The notes beneath the pieces are model-generated. The model made no database searches and was not told the origin of the DNA. It saw only the letters and a program-made list of their open reading frames with translations. Shown in pieces: positions 1 through 8,823 of a stretch of DNA of 64,000 nucleotides. Origin of the DNA: an uncultured bacterium (GTDB lineage: Bacteria > Patescibacteriota > Minisyncoccia > Phycocordibacterales > GWA1-40-21); assembly GCA_963798465.1 (NCBI GenBank), contig CAWCTC010000001.1, positions 592,465 to 656,464 of the forward strand, read 5' to 3'. Each line of letters opens with the position of its first letter. Within the stretch, counting starts at the first letter, position 1. Made by a program: the position numbers and the translations under genes.

Positions 1-192
1 ATCAAAAGCAAAAGACGACTTTCCGGATCCGGAAATTCCCGTGATGGCAATCATTTTATTTCTGGGCATCTCAACATTTATATTTTTCAAGTTGTGAGTT
101 CTAGCTCCTTTTACTATGATTTTGCCGGCTTTTTCGTCAAAAATTGTTTTGCCTGCCCCGTGTGAATTTTCACTTTGTTTTGATTTATTCAT
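1..192 (-). CDS. uvrA: Excinuclease ABC subunit A, N-terminal fragment (continues beyond window start)
   Basis: Minus-strand ATG at 192..190. Translation is [64 protein letters not shown], which has the UvrA N-terminal signature VKGARxHNLKNI and Walker A GxSGSGKS. The first ~19 aa are an extension encoded by the H2 element. Confidence 0.85.
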   Translation of the reverse strand, partial: MNKSKQSENSHGAGKTIFDEKAGKIIVKGARTHNLKNINVEMPRNKMIAITGISGSGKSSFAFD

Positions 193-258
193 GATATTGA
201 TTTTTATTATTTATATAAGGCTAAAAATAAGGTTATTCTTTAAAAATTCTTTACGGGG
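156..258 (-). promoter_or_regulatory. H2 element copy A: inverted arms bracketing an AT-rich loop that holds the uvrA start codon
   Basis: Sense arms are CCCCGTAAAGAATTTTT (258->242) and GAAAATTCACACGGGG (171->156). They form 6 bp + internal loop + 6 bp. The loop contains TATA-rich hexamers and the ATG. Confidence 0.55.
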
Positions 259-283
259 TTTGATTCCTTATCCATATTTATAT

Positions 284-371
284 ACCCGAAAAAATTTTGG
301 CTGACGCATTAAGCTAAATGCTTAATGCCCGTAAAATCTTTGATTTTACATCAGCCAAAACTTTAACGGGT
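284..371 (-). repeat. H1 structured inverted-repeat element copy A
   Basis: Sense arms are ACCCGTTAAAGTTTTGGCTGA ... TCAGCCAAAATTTTTTCGGGT. The interior folds into two hairpins: GTAAAATC/GATTTTAC and GCATTAAGC/GCTTAATGC. Confidence 0.6.
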
Positions 372-501
372 AAAACTTAAATTGCCCCCTGGTTTGTCCA
401 TAGGGGTTAACACGGAGCATTCTACTCTTAGTTATTTGTTTTGGCAAATTTTTACCACATTTAAAGAGAAAAATCATATAAAAATCCAGCTAAAAAAATA
501 A

Positions 502-530
502 GCTCGCAAAAAATTAATTTTTTTGCGAGC
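502..530 (-). terminator. Hairpin terminator downstream of the 60-aa zinc-ribbon gene
   Basis: GCTCGCAAAAAA-TTAA-TTTTTTTGCGAGC perfect stem directly after the stop at 540. Confidence 0.6.
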
Positions 531-539
531 TTATATAAT

Positions 540-722
540 TTATAATCTTCTTCTTCCAACATGCCATCCTCCGCAAAACTTGCACGGATAAAAATGACAT
601 TGCTTGTTCTGGTCTTTTCCGTTTAATCTCAAACCCCGGACATGAAGAAAAGCTGCTTCCTTGCTTTTATGCCGTATCTTTCCTTCACAGCTTCTCCGGC
701 GAATTCTCCGTTTGCTCGCCAT
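540..722 (-). CDS. Small basic Cys-rich (zinc-ribbon-like) protein, 60 aa
   Basis: GGAGG lies 8 nt upstream of ATG 722; the track start at 731 is a GTG abutting the SD. C-terminus is CHFYPCKFCGGWHVG. Its own TTGTAA-N17-TATAGT promoter-like site lies upstream. Confidence 0.6.
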   Translation of the reverse strand: MASKRRIRRRSCEGKIRHKSKEAAFLHVRGLRLNGKDQNKQCHFYPCKFCGGWHVGRRRL

Positions 723-793
723 TTTTTTCACCTCCTCTTCTCAAATTTAATCCAAAAAAAACTATACTCCAAATTTTATATTTTTACAAATAA

Positions 794-827
794 TAAAAAA
801 ACCGCCAGTCACTAATGACTTTGCGGT
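794..827 (-). terminator. Intrinsic terminator after the 51-aa basic ORF
   Basis: Imperfect stem ACCGCAAAGTCA/TGACTGGCGGT followed by T7 on the minus strand. Confidence 0.55.
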
Positions 828-837
828 TGTATTTCTT

Positions 838-993
838 TTATGATTTCTTTTTTCTCGCGGCAAGTAAAGCTCTTGCCACGACTATCATTTCCCTCCTTTG
901 TTTTTTCCCGCTTATCCTGAATAGCTCGCGCCATTCGCGATAAGCAGGAGTTTTTTCAATCTCAGGTTTTTTCTTCCTTTTTTTCTCAGGCAT
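838..993 (-). CDS. Small lysine/arginine-rich protein, 51 aa (below the ORF-track cutoff)
   Basis: ATG at 993 with GGAGG (1003..999) 5 nt upstream. Sequence is MPEKKRKKKPEIEKTPAYREWRELFRISGKKQRREMIVVARALLAARKKKS. It has its own promoter and terminator. Confidence 0.55.
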   Translation of the reverse strand: MPEKKRKKKPEIEKTPAYREWRELFRISGKKQRREMIVVARALLAARKKKS

Positions 994-1026
994 AAAAACC
1001 TCCTTTTTTTTGTTCGTTCGAAAGCT

Positions 1027-1055
1027 ATTATATAGTATAAAACAAATCTTGTCAA
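1027..1055 (-). promoter_or_regulatory. Sigma70-type promoter TTGACA-N17-TATAAT
   Basis: TTGACA at 1055..1050, TATAAT at 1032..1027, exact 17-nt spacer. It drives the 51-aa ORF. Confidence 0.7.
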
Positions 1056-1061
1056 GTAAAA

Positions 1062-1087
1062 ATCACCGCTTTAAACGGTGATCTTTA
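1062..1087 (-). terminator. Intrinsic terminator of the two-component operon
   Basis: ATCACCG-TTTAAAG-CGGTGAT followed by T5 on the minus strand, just after the response-regulator stop. Confidence 0.65.
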
Positions 1088-1108
1088 CTTGATATTTTTA
1101 TAAAGAAA

Positions 1109-1492
1109 TTATTTTATTATTTCAGCAACAGCATCAACGATTTCATCAAGCGAAAGAATTGCTTTTACCAAGAATTTTTTTGCTCCGAGTGAAACGCCTT
1201 TTTCAACATCATTTTTCTGGCCGAGGTTTGAAAGAATTATTATCGGAGTTCCTGCTATTTTTGGATCGGCATTTATAGCTTCCATGACTTCAAAACCACC
1301 AACTTTCGGCAACATAAGATCAAGAAGTATCAAATCAAACTTTGGATTTGCTTTTACCATTTTTATTGCTTCCTCTCCATCAGCAGCGCGCATCATCGTG
1401 GCATTGCTTTCCATGAGTTTTTTGGACAAGAGTTCGCTTAGGAAATTATCATCTTCCACGAGCAATATTTTTTTACCTGCAAAGTTTGCCAT
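1109..1492 (-). CDS. Single-domain response regulator (CheY-like receiver)
   Basis: KILLVEDD, DLILLDLMLP (phospho-accepting Asp), and ILSNLG...KFLVK (conserved Lys). Confidence 0.85.
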   Translation of the reverse strand: MANFAGKKILLVEDDNFLSELLSKKLMESNATMMRAADGEEAIKMVKANPKFDLILLDLMLPKVGGFEVMEAINADPKIAGTPIIILSNLGQKNDVEKGVSLGAKKFLVKAILSLDEIVDAVAEIIK

Positions 1493-1541
1493 TGTTTTTG
1501 ATTTATTTTTAACTGCCTATAATAATACCAAATCCTGCCTA

Positions 1542-2282
1542 TTAGTCCACAGGCAATTTCACCTCCACCATAGTTCCTTTATTCAATTCAGATTCTATTT
1601 TTATGCTTCCCTTGTGCATTTCAATGATTTTTCTTGTAGCAAATAAGCCAAGTCCGTTTTGTGTCTGGTCTAGCTCCTTTGCATTTTTGCCTCTATAAAA
1701 TTGCTCAAACATATGTTTCAAGTCGTCTCTTTCTATTCCGATACCATTGTCCTGCAAAACCAGCTTAGCCATATTTCCTTCTTCAGACAGAGTGACAGTC
1801 ACTGTGCCGTTTGGAGAATATCTGAAAGCATTATCAAAAATGTTTGTAAGCGCCAAATCTAAAAGTTTTTTATCTCCAAAAATAGTAACTGGGTCGCATT
1901 CTCTATCATATTGAAGATTTATATTTTTCTCTTTTATCAAATAGTCCAAATCTTTCAAGATTCCCTCTATAATGACGCAAACATTTATTTTTTCTTTTCT
2001 TAAATTAGCAAAACGCTCATTGGAATCCATTTCAGCGGCTTTCAATATTTCACCAATAGTATTTAGTGCTTCAATTATTTTATTATAGCTTTCATTCAAA
2101 ACATCTCTATCTTTGCATTCCTTATTTTTCAAAGCCATGTCCAAACCCCATCTTGCCCCGCTAAGCGGTGTGCGAAGTTTATGAACAAGAGCCAAAATAT
2201 AAGTCTCTTTAAATGGACTTGAGTCTGTTTTCCTTGCCCGGCTTGAATTTCCATTCTGTCCAAATATTGAAAAAAAGTTCAT
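1542..2282 (-). CDS. Cytoplasmic sensor histidine kinase (HisKA + HATPase_c, no TM segment)
   Basis: H-box LVHKLRTPLSG, N-box DNAFRYSP, G1 DNGIGI, G2 GLGLFATRKIIEMHKG. The N-terminus overlaps the H2 3' arm. Confidence 0.85.
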   Translation of the reverse strand: MNFFSIFGQNGNSSRARKTDSSPFKETYILALVHKLRTPLSGARWGLDMALKNKECKDRDVLNESYNKIIEALNTIGEILKAAEMDSNERFANLRKEKINVCVIIEGILKDLDYLIKEKNINLQYDRECDPVTIFGDKKLLDLALTNIFDNAFRYSPNGTVTVTLSEEGNMAKLVLQDNGIGIERDDLKHMFEQFYRGKNAKELDQTQNGLGLFATRKIIEMHKGSIKIESELNKGTMVEVKLPVD

Positions 2283-2340
2283 AGATAAATTATATATAAG
2301 TTTTAAAATGATAGCTACTCTTGGAAATTCTTTGCGGGGT
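2237..2340 (-). promoter_or_regulatory. H2 element copy B, around the histidine-kinase start
   Basis: Arms CCCCGCAAAGAATTTCC (2340->2324) and GGAAATTCAAGCCGGG (2252->2237). The loop contains TATATAAT and the ATG at 2282. Confidence 0.5.
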
Positions 2341-2371
2341 TTTTGAAGATGTCTAAAAATGACATGGTTTA

Positions 2372-2508
2372 TCCGAGAAAATTTTTGCCAATAAAAATTG
2401 TTTGTGTCGACTTCATAAGTACTTAAATTATAACATAACTAGATAAAATTGTGAGTTTGCTCAAATATGCAAATTTTTAACAAACATTGGCAAAAACTTT
2501 AACGGATT
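2372..2508 (-). repeat. H1 element copy B
   Basis: Arms ATCCGTTAAAGTTTTTGCCAAT ... ATTGGCAAAAATTTTCTCGGAT. The closing pair changes in a compensated way (ACCCG/CGGGT becomes ATCCG/CGGAT). The interior carries TGTTATAAT. Confidence 0.6.
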
Positions 2509-2535
2509 AATTATAACATAGAGAAAATAAGTATA

Positions 2536-3780
2536 TTATGAAAATGGTATTTCCTTTTTATCCATTGTTATAAATGACTCTTTGAAGATTTTTTTATAAG
2601 TTTTCCTAAATAAAACTGTTTTTCTGAACTCTTTGAAAAGTGGCCAATCTTTTTTGTATGCATCTTTCATATCCTTTGTTGGACCAATTTTAAGCATCAT
2701 TTTAACTGCCTCTTTTAAATCATCTTTTATAATGGCTACTGCAAGTTTTAATTCATCATCCTCTGCTGACCAATCGCGACTATTTATAAGGTCAATAGCC
2801 ATTTTTTCGGATTTTCCAAATTTCATTGATAATGCCCTGTTAATAATAAACATGAGTTTAAATTTTTCTGAGGAAACTTTTTCAAGTTTATCTGAAAAAT
2901 CTAAAAGCCTTCCAGCAGATAAATTATTATCGTTGTTTAATAAATCTGCTGTCATATTTAATAAGTAAGTATCTGCATCCTCAATTTTATTTTCTTCCAG
3001 TTTTCTCCACAATGCTTGACTCAATTCAATTCCAATACAGAGACACAAATAACAAGAATCCAAAAAATAACCGGGTGTTAGTTCAAGTTTATAACCAACT
3101 TTGATTTTTTTACTCAGTGGAATATTATTCTTTCTACATATATTTATGTATTGTTTAGTCACAATACCATCGGAATGAACAAAAAGATTTCTTCTTTCAG
3201 TTAGCTCTGTAAACTTTTTAATACCGATTTCATTAAAGTTACATTTAATTTTCAATTTTTCTTCTAACCAATCAAAACATTTTTTTCTTCCATCATACAA
3301 TAACTGTTCAATTTCTTTATTTACTAGATATTGTCTGACCTCGGTTATACTTGTAAGCTCTAAGACCTCTGAGGTGCTTATTTTTTTCTCTGTATTATTT
3401 AATAAAAAATTATTTTTTTCAAAAACAATATTTAGTAATCCTCTTAGATGATTATCAAAATAACTGACCAAAGAAATGAAAAGACCTCTTGGTACTGCGC
3501 GTATTGCTAATGAACTATTTCTGACTTTCTTTTCTAAATTCTCCAGAGTTTCCCAATCTTTAATTTTGACTAAATATTCATTCGCAAATTTCTTTTTGGT
3601 CTTTGCAGACAAAAAATTGTCCAAATTATTTTTACCATGTTTAAATTCTTTAATAAGAGGCGCCATTATTAAAGGCAATGAAAATATTAAACAATCTATA
3701 TTATATTTGAAATTCTCAGTAGCCAACTCAAAAGTTGATATCTTTATTTCTTTTTTTTTATTTTTCTTATTATCAGTCAT
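2536..3780 (-). CDS. Hypothetical protein with HEPN-like Rx4H motif (possible RNase / abortive-infection type)
   Basis: TELTERRNLFVHSDGIV fits the HEPN R-x4-6-H signature (RiboL-PSP/Abi-like context). The C-terminal half is helical and repeat-like. No TM segment or signal peptide. Confidence 0.4.
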   Translation of the reverse strand: MTDNKKNKKKEIKISTFELATENFKYNIDCLIFSLPLIMAPLIKEFKHGKNNLDNFLSAKTKKKFANEYLVKIKDWETLENLEKKVRNSSLAIRAVPRGLFISLVSYFDNHLRGLLNIVFEKNNFLLNNTEKKISTSEVLELTSITEVRQYLVNKEIEQLLYDGRKKCFDWLEEKLKIKCNFNEIGIKKFTELTERRNLFVHSDGIVTKQYINICRKNNIPLSKKIKVGYKLELTPGYFLDSCYLCLCIGIELSQALWRKLEENKIEDADTYLLNMTADLLNNDNNLSAGRLLDFSDKLEKVSSEKFKLMFIINRALSMKFGKSEKMAIDLINSRDWSAEDDELKLAVAIIKDDLKEAVKMMLKIGPTKDMKDAYKKDWPLFKEFRKTVLFRKTYKKIFKESFITMDKKEIPFS

Positions 3781-3796
3781 GTTGAATATTATATAA

Positions 3797-5831
3797 TTAT
3801 TTTTTCTTTTCCACCCTCTCCTTCAAAACCTTAATCTCATCTCTCAATATCGCCGCGGTTTCAAAATCCAAAATCTTCACCGCTGCGTTCATTTGAATTT
3901 CTTTTTGTTTTATCAGCTTCATTGGGCTCTTTTTCATCATTTCCTCATCAATTCGAACAAGCTCTTTCACGGCTTTGTCATGATCGCTTCTCATATGGTC
4001 TGTGATATCGTGAATCTTTTTGATAATCGTTTTTGGAGTAATGCCGTGCTTTGTATTGTAAGCAATTTGTTTTTCTCTTCTTCTATTTGTCTCACCTATC
4101 GCTCGTTCCATTGAGCCGGTAATACTGTCAGCATAAAGCACCACGCGTCCGAGCAACATTTCTCGCCGCACGTCCGATGGTCTGAATAAGCGAAGTATCG
4201 CTGAACGCAAAAATCCTTCCTTGTCCGCATCAAGAATTCCGATAAATTCAACTTCCGGCAAATCCAAACCTTCTCGCAAAAGGTTTACTCCGACAAGACA
4301 ATCAAACTTCCCTTTTCTGAAAGTTCGTAAGAATATCTATTCTGTCTATTGTTTTTATTTCGCTGTGCAAATATTCTGCTTTCACACCTTTTTCTTTCAA
4401 ATATTCGCTCAAATCTTCCGCCATCTTTTTTGTGAGAGTTGTGGCAATGACTCTTCCGCCGTTTTTCACAACTTTTTCTGTTTCTTCTATAAAATCAAAA
4501 ACTTGAGATTTATTTTTTCCTTTTACTTCGGTAATCGGCTTTACTTCCACAATCGGATCAATCAAGACCAGTCGGACGGATAATTTGCTCCACAATTTTC
4601 TCTGAATTTTCTTTTTCATAATCTCCCGGCGTGGCTGTAGTATAAATAATTTGATTTACTCTTTCTTCAAATTCATCAAACTTCAAAGGTCTGTTGTCTT
4701 TTGCTGATGGAAGACGAAAACCATAGTCAATCAAAGTCTTTTTTCTTGAAGCATCGCCGGCATACATTCCTCTTATCTGAGAAATAGTGACGTGTGATTC
4801 ATCTATAATAGTCAGAAAGTCTGGAGTTCCATCTTCTTTCTTTGGAAAATATTCCAGAAAGTATCTGGTGCTTCGCCCGGTGCTTTGCCGGAAAAATGTC
4901 TTGAATAATTTTCAATTCCATTGCAATAGCCGACTTCTCTTATGAGCGACAAATCGTAAGTTGTTCTTCTTCGAAGTCTTTCTGCTTCAAGATTCTTTCC
5001 CAGCTTTTTTTAATTCTTCAAGTCTGTTCTTCAAGCTCAGCTTTTATACTTTTGAAAGCTCTTTCTTGCTGTTCTTTGTCTGTAATAAAATGTTTTGCAG
5101 GAAAAATAAAAGTTGATTGTATTTCATCTTCAACAAGTTTTCGAGAAACTGAATCAATTCTTGAAATTTTCTTTATTCTATCTTCAGCAAAATCTAAGCG
5201 AATCAAAATCTTTTCATTTACCGGCATGACTTCAATAGAATTTCCAATAGCACGAAAAGTTCCCGGCTTTATATCGGAATTTGTTCTTTCAAAATGAACA
5301 TTGATAAGTTTTTTTATAAGGTCTTGCCTCGTAGTTTTTTCTCCAACTTTCAATTTTAATATTTACTTTTTCATATTCTTCTGGTGAACCCAAACCGTAA
5401 ATACAAGAAACCGATGCGACAATAATCACATCTTTTCTCGTAAGAAGTGCTTGCGTGGAAGCATGGCGAAGTCTGTCTATCTCTTCATTTATCATCGCTT
5501 CCTTTTCAATATAAGTATCGGTGACGGCATATAAGCTTCCGGCTGATAGTAGTCGTAATAAGAAACAAAATAATGCACGGCATTGTCTGGGAAAAATTCT
5601 TTGTACTCTTGTGCGAGCTGAGCTGCGAGAGTTTTGTTGTGAGCGATGACAAGCGTCGGCTTTTGAATTTTTTCAATAACATTTGCAACCGTAAAAGTCT
5701 TTCCGGAGCCAGTAACGCCAAAAAGAGTCTGCTTTTTCAAGACCTTTTTCTAACCCCGCAACCAACTCTTTAATTGCATTCGGTTGATCCCCCGCTGGCT
5801 TATATTCTGCTTTGATTTTGAATTTTGACAT
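3797..5831 (-). pseudogene. uvrB: Excinuclease ABC subunit B, disrupted by about 10 frameshifts
   Basis: Pieces occur in shifting frames: [66 protein letters not shown], and the C-terminal UVR domain. At 4290-4300 an extra A in an A-run breaks QKGKFDCLVGVNLLREG. Confidence 0.85.
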
Positions 5832-5899
5832 ATTAGAACACTAAAATAGCACAAAAAACACTTTTTGACATATCTCTGCTCTCGCAAGGATAGTCTTTT

Positions 5900-6463
5900 C
5901 TAGTTACATAGCCAATTTTTGTATTCCTCAAACTCTTTAGTTTGATCTTTATTTAAAAAATCACCATCAAGGTCGCGAAATTTTTTGTCTATGACAACAA
6001 CGCCTTTAGTACGAATAGAACATAATATGTGATCAATAAACAGATTAGTTTTATCAATAAAACTATCTATATCAATTTTTTGTGCTTCTTTGTTAAGTTT
6101 TTTTGAATCTTTGTCTAGATGTACAATAAGTTTATTTACCTGATCCTCAAATTTATCTTTCCATTCGGTAAATAAAATTTTGTGCTCTTTTTCCAATTCA
6201 TGATTTTTAACATAATTTAATAAATATGTTATTTTGTATGACCTCTCATCTGATTCAAAAAATTTTCTAAAATCAATCAACTGACCGCGAGTATAGTCCG
6301 TTATATAATAAGAGATAAATGCATTATTATATACTGCATCTTTGGTATCTTTGCCTACCAAATTCTTTTCAAACAATCTAAAAAGTGCCCTTCTTCTTAA
6401 AATAATAATCATCAACTCATGGAATACGCTAATATATTCTTGTATCTTTTTTGATTCTTCCAT
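5900..6463 (-). CDS. Hypothetical protein, weak AbiU2/HEPN-like pattern with the catalytic Arg replaced
   Basis: QVNKLIVHLDKD resembles the AbiU2 R-N-K-x-x-A-H-x-D motif, but Val replaces Arg. It lies immediately upstream of uvrB on the same strand. Confidence 0.3.
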   Translation of the reverse strand: MEESKKIQEYISVFHELMIIILRRRALFRLFEKNLVGKDTKDAVYNNAFISYYITDYTRGQLIDFRKFFESDERSYKITYLLNYVKNHELEKEHKILFTEWKDKFEDQVNKLIVHLDKDSKKLNKEAQKIDIDSFIDKTNLFIDHILCSIRTKGVVVIDKKFRDLDGDFLNKDQTKEFEEYKNWLCN

Positions 6464-6469
6464 TATATT

Positions 6470-7384
6470 TTAAGCACATCCAGGACCACAATATCCAGAT
6501 GATATGCGAATACCTCCTGTTGCAGAACCCGTAACCGGAACTAAATTATCTGAACTGTCATAAACTTGTATGTCAGACGAATTGATACTTGAGGAAATAG
6601 AAAACGGTGAATCATCTTTTGAATATATTAAATGTGTTCCTACCGTGTCAACTTTAACAGTAAACTGGCTAGGAATATTTGCCCCAAAGTTAGCGCCAGT
6701 TGTGTTGTCGGGAATAAGAAAAGTTGCAGTATTGCCTGATACTAAAGCGCTAGAGATTGGAGTTGTGTTTCCTTGATACAAATATGCATTAGTAATTTGG
6801 GCTGTACCACTTACATTTTGGGCTGTACCGCTTACATTAAAGTGAACAGTTAAACTATGAAGGTGTAAGGTGTCGTTCTGGCCTCTAACATCAAATATAA
6901 TTACTGGAATCATTGTTACAATACCTGAAGCAGAAGAGGGATTTTTTAAATCAGTATATATTGATGCTGTCGCTGAACTTGTTGTCTCTAACGGTTTACT
7001 GATTGTATTTTGATTAGCTTGTCCCTGTGCTATTTGTGCTGCTTGTTTATCTAACGCAGATTTAACTGCTGCGTCAATTTTTGATTGGGCATCCTCATTT
7101 TGTTGCTGAACAATTTTAGCATCTTCATCCGACTTAGCTTTAATAATGGCTTTTACCTGAGCATCAACTTTGGCTTTTATAATTGTGTCCATATCAACCG
7201 TGCTTGTTGCTTTAGCGATTGTTGATGTGGCAACAGTTGAAGTTGCAACTTTAATTACTTCTGTTTTTATTGGTTTATGAAATACGGACCAAGAAAAAGG
7301 ATTCCACCAAGAAGCAAATGCTAGGTTTGGCAAAATTAAAGAAATAAGCAAAAGAGATAAAACTAATTTATGTATTTTTTTCAC
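6470..7384 (-). CDS. Secreted or surface protein, hypothetical
   Basis: Likely GTG start at 7384 giving MKKIHKLVLSLLLISLILPNLAFA followed by SWWNPFSW. TGGTATAAT lies 7 nt upstream. Contains ST-rich and coiled-coil-like segments and a NVSGTAQ duplication. Confidence 0.6.
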   Translation of the reverse strand: MKKIHKLVLSLLLISLILPNLAFASWWNPFSWSVFHKPIKTEVIKVATSTVATSTIAKATSTVDMDTIIKAKVDAQVKAIIKAKSDEDAKIVQQQNEDAQSKIDAAVKSALDKQAAQIAQGQANQNTISKPLETTSSATASIYTDLKNPSSASGIVTMIPVIIFDVRGQNDTLHLHSLTVHFNVSGTAQNVSGTAQITNAYLYQGNTTPISSALVSGNTATFLIPDNTTGANFGANIPSQFTVKVDTVGTHLIYSKDDSPFSISSSINSSDIQVYDSSDNLVPVTGSATGGIRISSGYCGPGCA

Positions 7385-7407
7385 AAAAGTGATTATACCA
7401 CAAATCA

Positions 7408-8626
<1,219 letters not shown>

Positions 8627-8672
8627 AAGGTTAATATAACACAAAATTACTAGTTAGTAATAATAGTTTGTG

Positions 8673-8801
8673 TGTCTTTGCGAGCGAAGCGAAGCAATCT
8701 AGGTTTGATACATTAATTCTGGATTGCTTTACCACAAGAGTACTTCAATTTTCTAATCGCTTCGCTCAAGAAAATTTGGTCGCGCTTCGCTCGCAAAGAC
8801 A
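8673..8801. mobile_element. MITE-like palindromic element (GTCTTTGCGAGCGAAGCG arms, nested inner IR)
   Basis: TIRs TGTCTTTGCGAGCGAAGCG ... CGCTTCGCTCGCAAAGACA. Inner IR AAGCAATCTAGG ... CTGGATTGCTT. A related copy is at 61427..61523. Confidence 0.7.
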
Positions 8802-8823
8802 TAAATGATATAATCTAATCAAT

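Noticed and set aside
284-371. H1 arms contain GTTAAAG/CTTTAAC, reminiscent of integron attC core sites (GTTRRRY/RYYYAAC). H1-A also contains CUGAUG, like a hammerhead core.
   Set aside because: There is no integrase and no cassette array, and the elements precede core genes. The core does not fit the consensus at the last position. The hammerhead GAAA and cleavage-site elements are missing.
1284-1646. Numerous antisense or overlapping ORFs in the track. Examples: 1284..1646, 2633..2968, 3476..3796, 20013..20414, 42536..42979, 47573..48271, 49706..50104, 54164..54499, 61011..61310.
   Set aside because: They lie opposite well-supported genes, have low-complexity or Phe/Ile/Leu/Ser-rich translations typical of AT-rich shadows, and lack initiation signals.
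3797-5831. An alternative genetic code (UGA recoding, as in some CPR lineages) as an explanation for the broken genes.
   Set aside because: The breaks are changes of reading frame, not in-frame UGA codons. Long intact genes use all three stops normally.
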